DNA from: Aplysia californica
Lineage: Eukaryota
NCBI RefSeq assembly: GCF_000002075.1
Contig: NW_004798170.1
Span: forward strand, 82,100-146,099
DNA length: 64,000 bases
Direction: 5' to 3'
Of the stretch, positions 63,477 to 64,000 are shown piece by piece; the first letter of the stretch is position 1, and each line of letters opens with the position of its first letter. The translations under genes and the position numbers were made by a program. Below the pieces are notes generated by a model that did no database searches, had not been told where the DNA came from, and saw nothing but the letters and a program-made list of their open reading frames with translations.

Positions 63477-63610
63477 CAAAAGTCAAAAGAAAAAATGCAT
63501 GGGGGTCACACGATTCTCCGATTTCTGAGAATTTATAGCAAGACACGAGGTGATCCCCCTTTGAAAGAAGGTCTCACAGCGACAACAAATATGGCGTCGG
63601 TGTGCTGTAA
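63477..63610 (-). promoter_or_regulatory. Putative non-coding first exon / TSS region of KDM4
   Basis: TTTG|GTACGT donor on - at 63477/63476 and a YY1-like GACGCCATATTT on - (63587-63598). The acceptor at 57045 requires an upstream exon. Confidence 0.45.
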
Positions 63611-64000
63611 TGCCGACTATTCTCCCTCAAATGAAACTTGTACTCTCAACTGTTTTTGTTTCCACTAAATAAGCTGCAATTAACATGTATACCGTTGTTT
63701 GATAGCACGATTAAATGTTCAAGAGTCCACAAGACCATAGGCATGTGATTTACATGCTCAAAATCATACCGCACCATCAACAAGACCCACGGGAAAGATC
63801 AACATCAGGCAGCAACTTCAACGGACGGCATGACACACGGCACGTCCGCACAAAAAGCAAAACACAGAGAGGCCAGGGCAACAACAAAATGAAGCAAACA
63901 ATACTTATGGTTTTATAAAATATGTTGCAAATGAAAAATACACACATAAATACAAACTTACTGAAAATTTAGTGAAAAGACCATCAGTCGTTTGTCCAAA

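Overview
This is eukaryotic (metazoan) genomic DNA with two N gaps (992-1387, 32388-32526). The repeat style suggests a mollusc/gastropod, which is inference only. It holds two convergent spliced genes. (1) On +, the 3' part of a PHACTR (phosphatase and actin regulator) gene: 9 coding exons from 769 to 9067, three C-terminal RPEL repeats, a PP1-binding tail ending RFHKP*, and a probable 10-13 kb 3'UTR. (2) On -, an apparently complete KDM4/JMJD2 histone demethylase: 16 coding exons, ATG at 57012, stop at 29873, about 2483 aa by my exon joining, with JmjN-JmjC, PHD/Zn-knuckle/PHD and double Tudor domains. It carries a 4.8-kb exon encoding about 1600 aa of low-complexity sequence. That insert has an 11x NNMGSQQMPG repeat, a cluster of seven PxLxP (MYND-ligand-type) motifs and an EHHY (HCF-1-type) motif. 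Introns and UTRs are dense with short retroposed elements: three different bodies share one covarying 3' stem-loop and an (ACTAAA)n-type tail. MITEs, palindrome arrays and minisatellites anchored at splice junctions are also present. All calls were made by eye; no alignments or database searches were run.
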